A stretch of DNA of 64,000 nucleotides, taken from a virus. Under the pieces are notes generated by a model. That model was not told the DNA's origin and did no database searches. It saw nothing but the letters and a program-made list of their open reading frames with translations. Shown here piece after piece: positions 55,413-64,000 of this stretch. Within the stretch, counting starts at the first letter, position 1; each line of letters begins with the position of its first letter. Both the position numbers and the translations under genes were made by a program. The stretch covers positions 64,001 to 128,000 of IMG/VR virus record IMGVR_UViG_3300025137_000014; one strand, 5' to 3'.

Positions 55413-55915
55413 TGAAAATTTTAACACCAGAAAACACATGTTACGAAATGAATAGTCTTCCAGAGAATGAAATTGAAGACATAAGATATTGCGTAATGGA
55501 TGTAACGGATAAGAATGAGCCAGACTTTTTCTTTATACCGTTAGTATTCATTGAAACATTTAACGCACCTAGTATTAATCTAAGTATAGGACCATACACG
55601 ATAGAAATGCCAATAGATTGGAATATTCTAATTGGTGATGCTGACATGGGTCAATTAGAATTCATTCCATTAACAAGTATTAACGAAAGACATTTTCAAA
55701 CTATCTTGACAAATCCTCTTGCAGGCTTTACAATGGGGTGGGAAGACATAAAAGTAAATAATGTATTTGCAGATGTAAAATGGTTTTTTCCAAAACTCAA
55801 ATATGGTCATATATTAGTTATACCATTAGAGCATGGACCAAAACCAAAGTGTGCATATTTCGTTAAAGACTTAAATAGAATACCAGACGTATTAAACAGT
55901 TATGACTTTTTTTAA
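55412..55915 (+). CDS. Hypothetical protein
   Basis: Coupled to uvsW. Confidence 0.7.
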   Translation: MKILTPENTCYEMNSLPENEIEDIRYCVMDVTDKNEPDFFFIPLVFIETFNAPSINLSIGPYTIEMPIDWNILIGDADMGQLEFIPLTSINERHFQTILTNPLAGFTMGWEDIKVNNVFADVKWFFPKLKYGHILVIPLEHGPKPKCAYFVKDLNRIPDVLNSYDFF

Positions 55916-55925
55916 GGAGTAAACA

Positions 55926-56408
55926 ATGGCAGAAAAAATACCATTAAAAGAAATTCTCGGTGCAATGGATCGCCGTGACTTTAATTGGTATTCGAATCTT
56001 GATGATGAGAAAAAGAAACAATTTTCAAGTTGGCTATTTCTCAGATATGCAAGTAGTGCCAAAGGCAAGGACAAGGAAGAAGTTCTATTAAACACAAACG
56101 AATTTGTAAACAAGTATTATAAAGATTTATATAAACATGAAGATTTGATGTGGAAGCTATTCTGCTTAACATCTACAGGTAAAAACCAGTTTCATGAATA
56201 TATAAAACCACCAAACTCACGTATCAAAACAGATACAATATCGCAGTTTATATCACAAACATATCCTCATATGAAAGGTGATGAAGTTGATTTGTTCAGA
56301 CAGTTAAATTCTGATGAAGATATCAAACAAATGGCAAGAGATACCGGAATGACTGATAAAGAGTTTGATGAAATTTTTGGTAAAACGAAAAAAAGGAAAA
56401 AGAAATGA
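55926..56408 (+). CDS. Hypothetical protein, possibly clamp-loader small subunit-like
   Basis: Replication-block context; only weak recollection of similarity. Confidence 0.4.
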   Translation: MAEKIPLKEILGAMDRRDFNWYSNLDDEKKKQFSSWLFLRYASSAKGKDKEEVLLNTNEFVNKYYKDLYKHEDLMWKLFCLTSTGKNQFHEYIKPPNSRIKTDTISQFISQTYPHMKGDEVDLFRQLNSDEDIKQMARDTGMTDKEFDEIFGKTKKRKKK

Positions 56409-56635
56409 CAAATGACGAACTAGTAACAACAATTAAAATACTCGTAAGTGAAATCGAGGTACAAAAATTAAGAATTCAACCACATGACACTGGTCACATA
56501 CATACTACTATCGGCGTATTAGAGGATAGAGTAGAAGAACTTTTAAATGAAGTTAAGACAGGTGTTAATATGTTTTCTTCATCTACCTATGTAGGTGTAG
56601 AAAATGGAAAATACGTAGGCGTTAAAGATGTTTAG
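56405..56635 (+). CDS. Hypothetical protein
   Basis: Coupled ORF. Confidence 0.55.
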   Translation: MTNDELVTTIKILVSEIEVQKLRIQPHDTGHIHTTIGVLEDRVEELLNEVKTGVNMFSSSTYVGVENGKYVGVKDV

Positions 56636-56649
56636 TGGTTGAGATAAAC

Positions 56650-56726
56650 GGACCCGTAGTTCAGCTGGATAGAACGCTTGTCTACGAAACAAGAGGTCAG
56701 AGGTTCGAATCCTCTCGGGTCCGCCA
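56650..56726 (+). tRNA. tRNA-Arg (anticodon ACG), CCA encoded
   Basis: 77-nt cloverleaf: acceptor GGACCCG/CGGGTCC, D-loop AGCTGGATA with A20, anticodon loop CT-ACG-AA, TTCGAAT loop, GCCA end. Confidence 0.95.
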
Positions 56727-56739
56727 GAAAGAGAAATTA

Positions 56740-57411
56740 ATGTTTGAATGTAAATTTTGCAATAAAAGTTTTAAAAGAGAAAAGACTCTTATTGCCCATA
56801 TGTGTGAACAAAAAAGAAGATTTACAAACAAAGATTCTAAATATGTAAGATTAGGTTTTCTTGCATATAATCGTTTTTATGAAATATCTCAAAGAGGAAC
56901 AAAGCAAAGGACATATGAAGACTTTTCTAAAAGTAACTATTATACTGCATTTACAAAGTTTGGTAAATATATTATAGAAGTAAATGCTATAGACCCAGAA
57001 AAGTTTATAGATTTTGTTATAACAGGTGGTATAAAGCTAGACAAATGGTGTTCTGATACTGTATATGAAACTTATATCAGAGAACTAAATAAGAAAGAGA
57101 CAGCCGAACGTGCAGTCGAAAGAGGCATCTTATTGATGCAACAATGGGGAATGGAAAATGATAGACCGTTTAATGTATTCTTTAGGGAGATTAGTAAGCC
57201 ACGTGCTATACATTGGATCAAATCCGGACGCATTAGCCCTTGGATTATTTTTAATTCTATGTCTGGTACTGAACTTTTAAATAGTTTCAATGACCATGAA
57301 TTGAATTTGATTAATGAGTATCTTGAACCTACGTTCTGGACAAGAAAGTTTGAAGTTAGAAACGATGATGTTAAATTTGTAAAAAACATTTTAGAAAAGG
57401 CAGGAATATAA
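56740..57411 (+). CDS. C2H2 zinc-finger-containing protein (true start MFECKFC)
   Basis: CKFCNKSFKREKTLIAHMC; upstream part of track ORF is the tRNA. Confidence 0.75.
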   Translation: MFECKFCNKSFKREKTLIAHMCEQKRRFTNKDSKYVRLGFLAYNRFYEISQRGTKQRTYEDFSKSNYYTAFTKFGKYIIEVNAIDPEKFIDFVITGGIKLDKWCSDTVYETYIRELNKKETAERAVERGILLMQQWGMENDRPFNVFFREISKPRAIHWIKSGRISPWIIFNSMSGTELLNSFNDHELNLINEYLEPTFWTRKFEVRNDDVKFVKNILEKAGI

Positions 57412-57611
57412 TGGCAACTAAGAAAGTATCAAAAGCTACGTCAAGAGTAGTAGAAATACAAGAAGACCCAAATACAAAGGAATGTTATTTTGTATTACCA
57501 CAAGATGTTATAAGAAGCCTAGGTTGGAGTGATGAAGATGAATTAGAATGGGTTGAAAATTCTGATAAAAGCTGGTCACTAAGAAAAGTAGATGATAAAA
57601 ATGACAAGTAA
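57411..57611 (+). CDS. AbrB/MazE-like small protein
   Basis: FVLPQDVIRSLGW...DELEW pattern. Confidence 0.55.
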   Translation: MATKKVSKATSRVVEIQEDPNTKECYFVLPQDVIRSLGWSDEDELEWVENSDKSWSLRKVDDKNDK

Positions 57612-58146
57612 AGAAAAAGAAAAATATATCTATGAAAGCCCAGACGGAGGTAAAACTGTGACTAGAAGAAAGTTTGGAAGTATGGAAAAAGAACTATTAG
57701 AAGAATATAATGAAATTCAGTCCTGGAAAAAAGATGAATTAGAAAAAGAACGAAAAGATGAAGATTTCGTAACACTAGATTTAGGTACTGCTAATTTAAC
57801 TACTATAACAACAACTAACAATACAACAGATACAATGGATGTATCAGGTAATTACACATATACAGCAGGCTCACTGTCACCGTCTAGTTTAACTTTAGGT
57901 GGAAGTGGATATACTTTTGAAGATGTAGATCCCGACATACAAGTTACGGTCAATGGCAAAGAAAGAAGTATGAGTAAAGTGATTGAACAGGTAGATGATA
58001 TCTCAAAAAGATTAAAAGTTTTAGAAAAGCCTGATGAAAAGACTTTAGAAAAATATAAAGTACTTGCAGATATATATGAGCAATATAAAGTTGCTGATGC
58101 ATTCTTAAACTCACCGGGTCCGGAGGACGAAGATGAAGAACATTAA
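57592..58146 (+). CDS. Hypothetical protein
   Basis: IYESPDGGKTV N-terminus. Confidence 0.65.
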   Translation: MIKMTSKEKEKYIYESPDGGKTVTRRKFGSMEKELLEEYNEIQSWKKDELEKERKDEDFVTLDLGTANLTTITTTNNTTDTMDVSGNYTYTAGSLSPSSLTLGGSGYTFEDVDPDIQVTVNGKERSMSKVIEQVDDISKRLKVLEKPDEKTLEKYKVLADIYEQYKVADAFLNSPGPEDEDEEH

Positions 58147-58633
58147 TTATGATTGGGCAAAAGTAGAAAAATCTGTTCAACACATTGCAATGCAAATGTA
58201 TGAAAGTGGATGGAGACCAGATTATATAGTTGGTATAACTAGAGGTGGATTAGTACCAGCAGTTATGCTATCTCATATGACTAACATTCCAATGCATACA
58301 CTCTCAATACAACTTGGCGCAGAAGGTCTTGAAGAAAACACGGAAAGCAACTGTTGGATGGCAGAAGATGCCTTTGGTTACAAAGATAAGCGAAAAAATA
58401 TATTAGTTATTGATGATATTAATCGTGGTGGCGATGCTCTTGCATGGCTTATGAATGATTGGAAAGCAGGTTGTTTACCCAATGATACGTTAAGTTGGGA
58501 AAGTATATGGCATAATAATGTAAAATTTGCATCACTTATTATGGATCCAAATTCTATTGTAGATACTGATTACTATTGTGAGGAACTATATTCAGAGGAT
58601 GAAAACTGGGTAACATTTCCGTGGGAAAAATGA
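58133..58633 (+). CDS. Type I phosphoribosyltransferase (Gpt-like)
   Basis: IVGITRGGLVPAV.LSH, ILVIDDINRGG, WVTFPWE. Confidence 0.85.
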   Translation: MKNINYDWAKVEKSVQHIAMQMYESGWRPDYIVGITRGGLVPAVMLSHMTNIPMHTLSIQLGAEGLEENTESNCWMAEDAFGYKDKRKNILVIDDINRGGDALAWLMNDWKAGCLPNDTLSWESIWHNNVKFASLIMDPNSIVDTDYYCEELYSEDENWVTFPWEK

Positions 58634-59418
58634 AACACATTATTCCATTACAACTTGAACAAGAAACACATTTATTAGAATATTATGCTGGAACATATGG
58701 AGATTATGTTTCTGGTATTATATCTTATTCTATAGAAGATTTTTATGACAACTATTCTACTATGCCTGATGGTGATAGATATTGGGAAGTGGACGATGCT
58801 ATTGTAAGAAGAAATAGATATGCTTTAGGTCTTAGAGGCGGCGGCTACGAACATGTAGAGAATTATACGGACTTCATGTTGTCTCATAAAATATGGTTAG
58901 AATTTCAGCCTCACTATGATAATATGCAACCAAAAAAAGTATTGTTTAATACGCACCCAAGAATTGGATTTGCTGATGATGATACTATAATTTATAGAAC
59001 AATTACAAATAAATTTAAAAATACTAAAACAAAATTCTTAGCAATACCATTAGAGTTTAATGCTATATTTAAAGTTGCATGTAATGAATATTATACTAGT
59101 AGAATACATGACTCAGATATAGATTTAACAACATTTATCGGCATATTTAATTCCCATGTAGATAAACAAAAAGGTGCATTAAAGTACATACCAAAAGAAC
59201 AACTTTTTGTTATAGAGGATATAGATAATTTATCTGCAAAAGATATAGCATGTTACGGTGACGTAAATAGAGAAAAATTTGAAGAATACAAATCTAATTA
59301 TAATATAGAAAAAATGGATTTGTTAAATTATCACATGCAACGGCTTATGAAGTTTTGTGAGTTTACTAATCCAGAGATAACAAAAAAAATGAAAGACTAC
59401 GTTAATTCATCAATATAA
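58621..59418 (+). CDS. Hypothetical protein
   Basis: 265-aa ORF; no confident motif. Confidence 0.6.
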   Translation: MGKMKHIIPLQLEQETHLLEYYAGTYGDYVSGIISYSIEDFYDNYSTMPDGDRYWEVDDAIVRRNRYALGLRGGGYEHVENYTDFMLSHKIWLEFQPHYDNMQPKKVLFNTHPRIGFADDDTIIYRTITNKFKNTKTKFLAIPLEFNAIFKVACNEYYTSRIHDSDIDLTTFIGIFNSHVDKQKGALKYIPKEQLFVIEDIDNLSAKDIACYGDVNREKFEEYKSNYNIEKMDLLNYHMQRLMKFCEFTNPEITKKMKDYVNSSI

Positions 59419-60419
59419 TTAGCAAGTATCTTTCTATCTACATACGGTCTTATATTGTGTGTTTGAAAATCTGAAATCTTATAGTCTATTTCTTGTATAT
59501 TTAAATTATCAAATTTAAACTGTTTAACATAATCAGAAAATCCAATATATTCATTATCGTACTTTCCATATAGATAATCTACTTTAATATGTGGATAAGC
59601 ACCTAAGTGTCTATATGGATCTAATATTTTATTCTCAATATCTAATTTTTTAAAACCCCAACATTTAATCATATGCATCATTGCTACGTTCATCATGTCT
59701 AGCTTTTGTTCTTCAAGGTGTGACGGTCTGTTAAACCATTTGAAATAAGATTTAATCCAAGGGGAATGATCCCAAGAATAAGTTGATTGTCCACCTGTAG
59801 TTAATACATTTGTTACGATATCACTTAGATGGAATGCTACACTTAATGCACTACCGGCATGTTTAGAATCTGCATATATTATTACATGTTTATATTTTTT
59901 CTTAATATATTCTCTTATCTGATTGCACATTTTTTCTTGTGTATCATTCTGTTTGCTTACACCTAATACCATTGCACTAGGGTATAAAGACTCAGGATAT
60001 CTTAATGGGTCTTCATTTACAATTAACAAATCAGTATCTAAGTTTACAATTTTTTCACTTACATTTGTTAGTGAACTTGTCAGTCTACCCTCATGCCCTG
60101 CATAACTTGTAAAGTGAATTATTAGTTTGTCAAAATCTTTATCTGTCTTTTTCCAACACATAGTATAATCTTCACTGACATTTTCAAACTTATCAGTATC
60201 ATATTGATATACTATATCGGAATAAACATCCCAACTACCTGTTTTTGTTTTTTGTGTGTAAGTATCTACAACATCTTTTTTGTAGATTTTGGTGAAGATA
60301 TCGCTACTTTTTATATTGCGTAAGTCAACATACTTATTGTATACTAGCTTTTCATGTAAAAAGTATAAGTCAATTTCATCGTTTAAGTCTATATCTAAAT
60401 CGAGTAGTTTAATTTTCAT
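59397..60419 (-). CDS. Possible alpha/beta-hydrolase-fold protein
   Basis: IIYADSKHAGSAL resembles a Ser nucleophile elbow; later YLYGKYD; inference only. Confidence 0.45.
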   Translation of the reverse strand: MKIKLLDLDIDLNDEIDLYFLHEKLVYNKYVDLRNIKSSDIFTKIYKKDVVDTYTQKTKTGSWDVYSDIVYQYDTDKFENVSEDYTMCWKKTDKDFDKLIIHFTSYAGHEGRLTSSLTNVSEKIVNLDTDLLIVNEDPLRYPESLYPSAMVLGVSKQNDTQEKMCNQIREYIKKKYKHVIIYADSKHAGSALSVAFHLSDIVTNVLTTGGQSTYSWDHSPWIKSYFKWFNRPSHLEEQKLDMMNVAMMHMIKCWGFKKLDIENKILDPYRHLGAYPHIKVDYLYGKYDNEYIGFSDYVKQFKFDNLNIQEIDYKISDFQTHNIRPYVDRKILANYIDELT

Positions 60420-60655
60420 TAATCGTACTCCGCTAGATACTCCACTAAATCTTTAACGTTTTTAATTTCGTCTAGTCTTTGGTTGTCTAATTCGATATCT
60501 AAATCATCTTCTAGTGAAACTAGAATTTCAATACTATCTAAAGAATCTACACCAATGTCTGTAAATGGTTTACCCGATTCAATAAATGCATCAGTTAGTT
60601 CAACCTCTGCCCTATCAAGTGTAATTGCCTTTAGTGCTTCTAATGTTCTACTCAT
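60419..60655 (-). CDS. acpP: Acyl carrier protein, 78 aa (start MSRTL)
   Basis: F.DIGVDSLD.IE....LED..DIEL...I..V.DL..Y with phosphopantetheine Ser. Confidence 0.85.
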   Translation of the reverse strand: MSRTLEALKAITLDRAEVELTDAFIESGKPFTDIGVDSLDSIEILVSLEDDLDIELDNQRLDEIKNVKDLVEYLAEYD

Positions 60656-60656
60656 T

Positions 60657-61595
60657 TTAATAGCCGCCTTCGTTCTCTTTTGTGTGTTCATAAAATGGTG
60701 CAAGTTTGAAGTTTTCTGTAATACGTCCTCTTCTTTTGCTACCTGGGTCTGGAATACCACCATCATTGTCAGTATCCCAATTAGTTATTTTTACCCATCT
60801 TCCTCTATTTAGAAGTTTGTTTCCTTCCTTCAGTGGGAATAGAATAGTGTTCTTTTCATTAAACTTATTGTAGTAAGGTACACCGTGAAAGCTCCAAATA
60901 TAGTCCTCTGAGACATTAAACTGGTCTGCACATAGTTTCACTAGTCCTTGTAGTTTAATGTTACCGTCTGTGTCTTTCTGATATCTACCTAGTTGGCCAA
61001 CGTTTTTAATTCTCATCATTACGTTGTTTATTTTTTCTTTTTCTATAAGTTCTTTTAGTCTTGCTGGTGCTTCATAGTTAATCTCTGGAATAATAATAGT
61101 ACCAGTATTTAAATTCATTTTTCTATCTACAATATTACGAAGTGCTTTTAGTTTTTTCTTTGAACAACGCATTTCGTCTATTTGTTCATACCAATCATCG
61201 TTGTCTACGCCATTCATACTTAAAGTTACACTACGTAAGCCTGCTTCAATTAAAGTATTTAAATATTTGGCATGTGACAATCTTAAACCATTTGTTACTA
61301 AAGTACAACTATGTTTTCTTCCGTTGGTACGTCCACGCTCATAGACTGCACGAATAAAATTTGCACAGTTAGGAGACATTGTAGGCTCTGCACCAATAAT
61401 ACGGACAAATGCACGACCACCAAGCCTATCCATGAAATCTTTGAATTTATCTAAATCCATATCAGGTGGTTCTCTGTTAGGTATATAACAGTTTTTACAG
61501 GTCATATTGCATTTATGTGTAATATCTGCACATATGTCTACAAACGTATTATCTTCTGGTTCTGAAATATCATAATTAAAGAGTTTATGAAGCAT
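60657..61595 (-). CDS. Radical SAM enzyme
   Basis: CNMTCKNC, GAEPT, LVTNG; start MLHKL assumed (track start 61631). Confidence 0.85.
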   Translation of the reverse strand: MLHKLFNYDISEPEDNTFVDICADITHKCNMTCKNCYIPNREPPDMDLDKFKDFMDRLGGRAFVRIIGAEPTMSPNCANFIRAVYERGRTNGRKHSCTLVTNGLRLSHAKYLNTLIEAGLRSVTLSMNGVDNDDWYEQIDEMRCSKKKLKALRNIVDRKMNLNTGTIIIPEINYEAPARLKELIEKEKINNVMMRIKNVGQLGRYQKDTDGNIKLQGLVKLCADQFNVSEDYIWSFHGVPYYNKFNEKNTILFPLKEGNKLLNRGRWVKITNWDTDNDGGIPDPGSKRRGRITENFKLAPFYEHTKENEGGY

Positions 61596-61610
61596 ATAGT
61601 TTTGTACCTT

Positions 61611-61640
61611 AATAAATATGTTTATGTACATCTATTTATC
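61611..61640. promoter_or_regulatory. Face-to-face late-type promoters
   Basis: + AATAAATA 61611-61618; - GATAAATA 61640-61633. Confidence 0.55.
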
Positions 61641-61658
61641 GTCTCAGGAAACACAACA

Positions 61659-62267
61659 ATGTTAAATCATTTATACAAGTTTAACTATAAAATTGATAAA
61701 GACCAACTCAGAAAAGAACACAAACTAATGCAAGAAAGTGAAGAAACTTCCTTACATACAGTTAATACTGAGTTATTAGAGACAGTTAATGCAGGTAGAA
61801 ATACTGGCGAAGATATATTCCCTACGTATCATGATTTAAAAGATAAGGACCAATGGGATGATATGGATACTTTAAAAATAAGAGCATTTAAGGAGTATCA
61901 ATACCAAGATAATTATCCAGAAATGAAAAGATTGACTAATGACTTTGCTAATATATTAGATAGTAAAGACATAACACCATTCTTTGTATTACAAGAGCAA
62001 GACTCAGACTTTCCAATGCATATTGATATGGGGTTTCAATGTGCAATAAACTTAATTATAGATGGTGGGGATACACCAATTATGTTCAGAGAAGACGATG
62101 GATCTATACATAAATACAACTACGATAATGCATTACTTAACATCTGTAACGTCTTTCACGGTGTACCTAAACAACAGGATATGAAAAGAATGCTACTTAA
62201 ATTTAGAATAAAAGATGTATCATATGATGATGCATGTAAACGTATGATGGAACATTTTAGTGAATAA
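61659..62267 (+). CDS. 2OG-Fe(II)-type dioxygenase-like protein, paralogue 1
   Basis: MHID...CAINLI...FHGV...RMLLK. Confidence 0.6.
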   Translation: MLNHLYKFNYKIDKDQLRKEHKLMQESEETSLHTVNTELLETVNAGRNTGEDIFPTYHDLKDKDQWDDMDTLKIRAFKEYQYQDNYPEMKRLTNDFANILDSKDITPFFVLQEQDSDFPMHIDMGFQCAINLIIDGGDTPIMFREDDGSIHKYNYDNALLNICNVFHGVPKQQDMKRMLLKFRIKDVSYDDACKRMMEHFSE

Positions 62268-62823
62268 TTCTATACATAATATATATTTTGTAATAAACAG
62301 AGAAATGCTTATTAAAGAAAGTGAGATTTGTCAATTTGTGCCAATCAATCGTGTTACATTGAAACGTGTTCAGTTAGGTAGCTATGATGCAAAGGGTAAA
62401 AAGTTTTCTGACTATCTTAATAAAGAAGATAAAGATTGGTGGATGAGGCAAGATACATGGCAATCAAGCATGAATGCTGATGCAGAAATGTTATCTAAGA
62501 TGCCAGAGACTACTAGAATACTTTCTATATTTAAAAAAATTATAGGCACAAATGATATCGAGGCTAACTTTTTTACACAAAAAGTAGGCACTAACGTTAA
62601 GATGCATGTTGATGTTGGTACCGCTTGTGCTATCAATTTTATACTCAAAGGAAAAGAAACTCCAATAGTATTTGAAGAAGATGGGACATTTCATTATAAA
62701 GATGCATTGATAAACGTTAGTAAGAAGCATATGGTACCAAAGCAAACATCTACAGATAGAATGCTTTTTAAGTTAAGAATTTTAAACATGCCTTTTGAAG
62801 AAGTAAGAGAAAAACTAAGATGA
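62260..62823 (+). CDS. 2OG-Fe(II)-type dioxygenase-like protein, paralogue 2
   Basis: MHVD...CAINFI...KHMV...RMLFK. Confidence 0.6.
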   Translation: MNNSIHNIYFVINREMLIKESEICQFVPINRVTLKRVQLGSYDAKGKKFSDYLNKEDKDWWMRQDTWQSSMNADAEMLSKMPETTRILSIFKKIIGTNDIEANFFTQKVGTNVKMHVDVGTACAINFILKGKETPIVFEEDGTFHYKDALINVSKKHMVPKQTSTDRMLFKLRILNMPFEEVREKLR

Positions 62824-63452
62824 ACAAGAGCCAAATATTTATATTATTACATCATATATCGTTAGCAGTAGGTATAGCAATGTATGGGTTTGAATGGCCA
62901 TGGGCCATTGTATCATTTTTCTTTGGAATGTTTTGGGCTTGGGTAGTTGGACATAATATTATTCATTACTATTTTGCTCATGGCAAATATAAAGATAATC
63001 TGAAAAGTTATTTTTACACATTATTGTCATTAACGTCTGGACTAGGGTCACCGATATCATTTAGTGCATCACATCGACAACATCATAGATTCACAGATAC
63101 AGAAAAGGATCCGCATTCGCCACATCATATAGGCTGGAAACGTGTATACTTTTTAAATTGGGAACCACAGAATATTAATCCTAGGCTTCTTGCTGATTTT
63201 GCCAGAAGTAAATTTCAGAAATGGGTTCACAAACATTGGTATTATTTACATATTGCAATAGTGCTAGTGATTGCTGTTATAGATTTGAGATTATTATTTT
63301 TTGCGTTATCACCTGGTGTTTTATATAGTTTCCATAGTGCTAGTTTGACAAATACATTATCTCATATTGGTGGTGTACAGAGAAATGTACAGTTACTAAG
63401 ACCTCTTGCATGGTGGGGCTGGAACCACGCTGACCATCATGACTACAAATAA
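62820..63452 (+). CDS. Membrane fatty acid desaturase (delta-9-like)
   Basis: His boxes HYYFAH, HRQHH, HADHH plus NTLSH; hydrophobic segments. Confidence 0.85.
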   Translation: MNKSQIFILLHHISLAVGIAMYGFEWPWAIVSFFFGMFWAWVVGHNIIHYYFAHGKYKDNLKSYFYTLLSLTSGLGSPISFSASHRQHHRFTDTEKDPHSPHHIGWKRVYFLNWEPQNINPRLLADFARSKFQKWVHKHWYYLHIAIVLVIAVIDLRLLFFALSPGVLYSFHSASLTNTLSHIGGVQRNVQLLRPLAWWGWNHADHHDYK

Positions 63453-63456
63453 GCTA

Positions 63457-63485
63457 TTGACTAATCGTATATAATCGTATATAAT
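63457..63485 (+). promoter_or_regulatory. Sigma70-type promoter built from tandem TAATCGTATA repeat
   Basis: TTGACT-N17-TATAAT. Confidence 0.75.
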
Positions 63486-63505
63486 CAGATATATATCTAG
63501 GAGAA

Positions 63506-63826
63506 ATGCCTATGGCAGAATATGGCGAACTTATGCGACATTCTAATGTCAAGAAACGACTTGAAAGACTTAGAAAATTGCAGAATAAAGTAAAGAACTT
63601 AAGAAGGTTCCATAGTGATTTTGAAAACAAAGAGTTTTTAGAATGGACCTGTATGTCACATGAAGATATTAATTATGAAAAGCTATTAGTTGAAGGTGCT
63701 GGATATGTAACACAGTTAGTAGACTGGTGTAATGGTCATTGTAATGATTTTTATGTTGCTTATCAAGGAAAATTGTATTTTAAAAATGATACTGATGCGG
63801 CGTACTTTACAATGGTGTGGAAATAG
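63506..63826 (+). CDS. Hypothetical protein
   Basis: SD AGGAG; 106 aa. Confidence 0.65.
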   Translation: MPMAEYGELMRHSNVKKRLERLRKLQNKVKNLRRFHSDFENKEFLEWTCMSHEDINYEKLLVEGAGYVTQLVDWCNGHCNDFYVAYQGKLYFKNDTDAAYFTMVWK

Positions 63827-63840
63827 TGTATACTATTAAT

Positions 63841-64000
63841 ATGAATAAAGTAGAAACAGATATCGATATTGATGTTATTGACCGTGACACAGTCCTTACA
63901 CATTTTCGACACATAATAGCCAGCATTAAAAAAGGTGATAACTGGACAAAACATAACAGTGGTGTGTATCTACAACCTATTCCATTTGATCCAATATCTG
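63841..64000 (+). CDS. Start of DnaE-like (family C) DNA polymerase fragment; truncated by window end
   Basis: MNKVETDIDIDVIDR...KHNSGVY; DIDID and H.SG motifs of PolIII alpha palm. Confidence 0.5.
   Translation, partial: MNKVETDIDIDVIDRDTVLTHFRHIIASIKKGDNWTKHNSGVYLQPIPFDPIS

Noticed and set aside
56635-56739. N-terminal 35 aa of track ORF 56635..57411
   Set aside because: Overlaps the tRNA-Arg gene; real start is ATG 56740
60656-60766. N-terminal extension of ACP given in ORF track
   Set aside because: Overlaps the radical SAM gene; a 78-aa ACP starting at 60655, immediately after the radical SAM stop, fits family size
60657-61595. Radical SAM as QueE, or amidinotransferase 37261 as archaeosine synthase, completing the queD pathway
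   Set aside because: Motifs do not match QueE, and the pentein fold is unrelated to ArcS, Gat-QueC or QueF-like enzymes
1-64000. Stop-codon reassignment, known in some large phages
   Set aside because: Core genes are intact in the standard code; TAG ends nrdB and ORF 63506, and TGA ends several genes

Overview
A 64-kb, AT-rich, standard-genetic-code segment of a large T4-superfamily (jumbo-type) myophage genome. It carries the head module (portal, acidic core protein, prohead protease, scaffold, major capsid), three tail-fibre-like genes, neck/tail genes (gp13/14/15/18/19, gp26-like, probable tape measure), gp4 and terminases, a T4-type recombination/replication block (gp46, resolvase, SSB, UvsX/Y/W, class Ia RNR, dNMP kinase, start of a DnaE-like gene), one tRNA-Arg(ACG) and many accessory enzymes. 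Two promoter classes can be read by eye: sigma70-type TTGACA/T-N16-17-TATAAT and a T4-late-like (G/T)ATAAATA. Best leads: (1) a canonical -1 frameshift signal (A_AAT_TTT, 6-nt spacer, GC hairpin) fusing the gp26-like chaperone to a startless 77-aa ORF, like lambda gpG/GT; (2) an ORF-free ~420-nt helix-rich minus-strand region, probably a large ncRNA or origin, preceded by RCTAATAYA boxes that recur in the SSB leader; (3) a promoter-to-terminator small RNA with anti-Shine-Dalgarno loops; (4) a divergent late-promoter cluster of ACP, radical SAM, hydrolase-like protein, two 2OG-Fe(II) enzymes and a desaturase. All assignments come from motifs read by eye. No database searches or folding programs were run.
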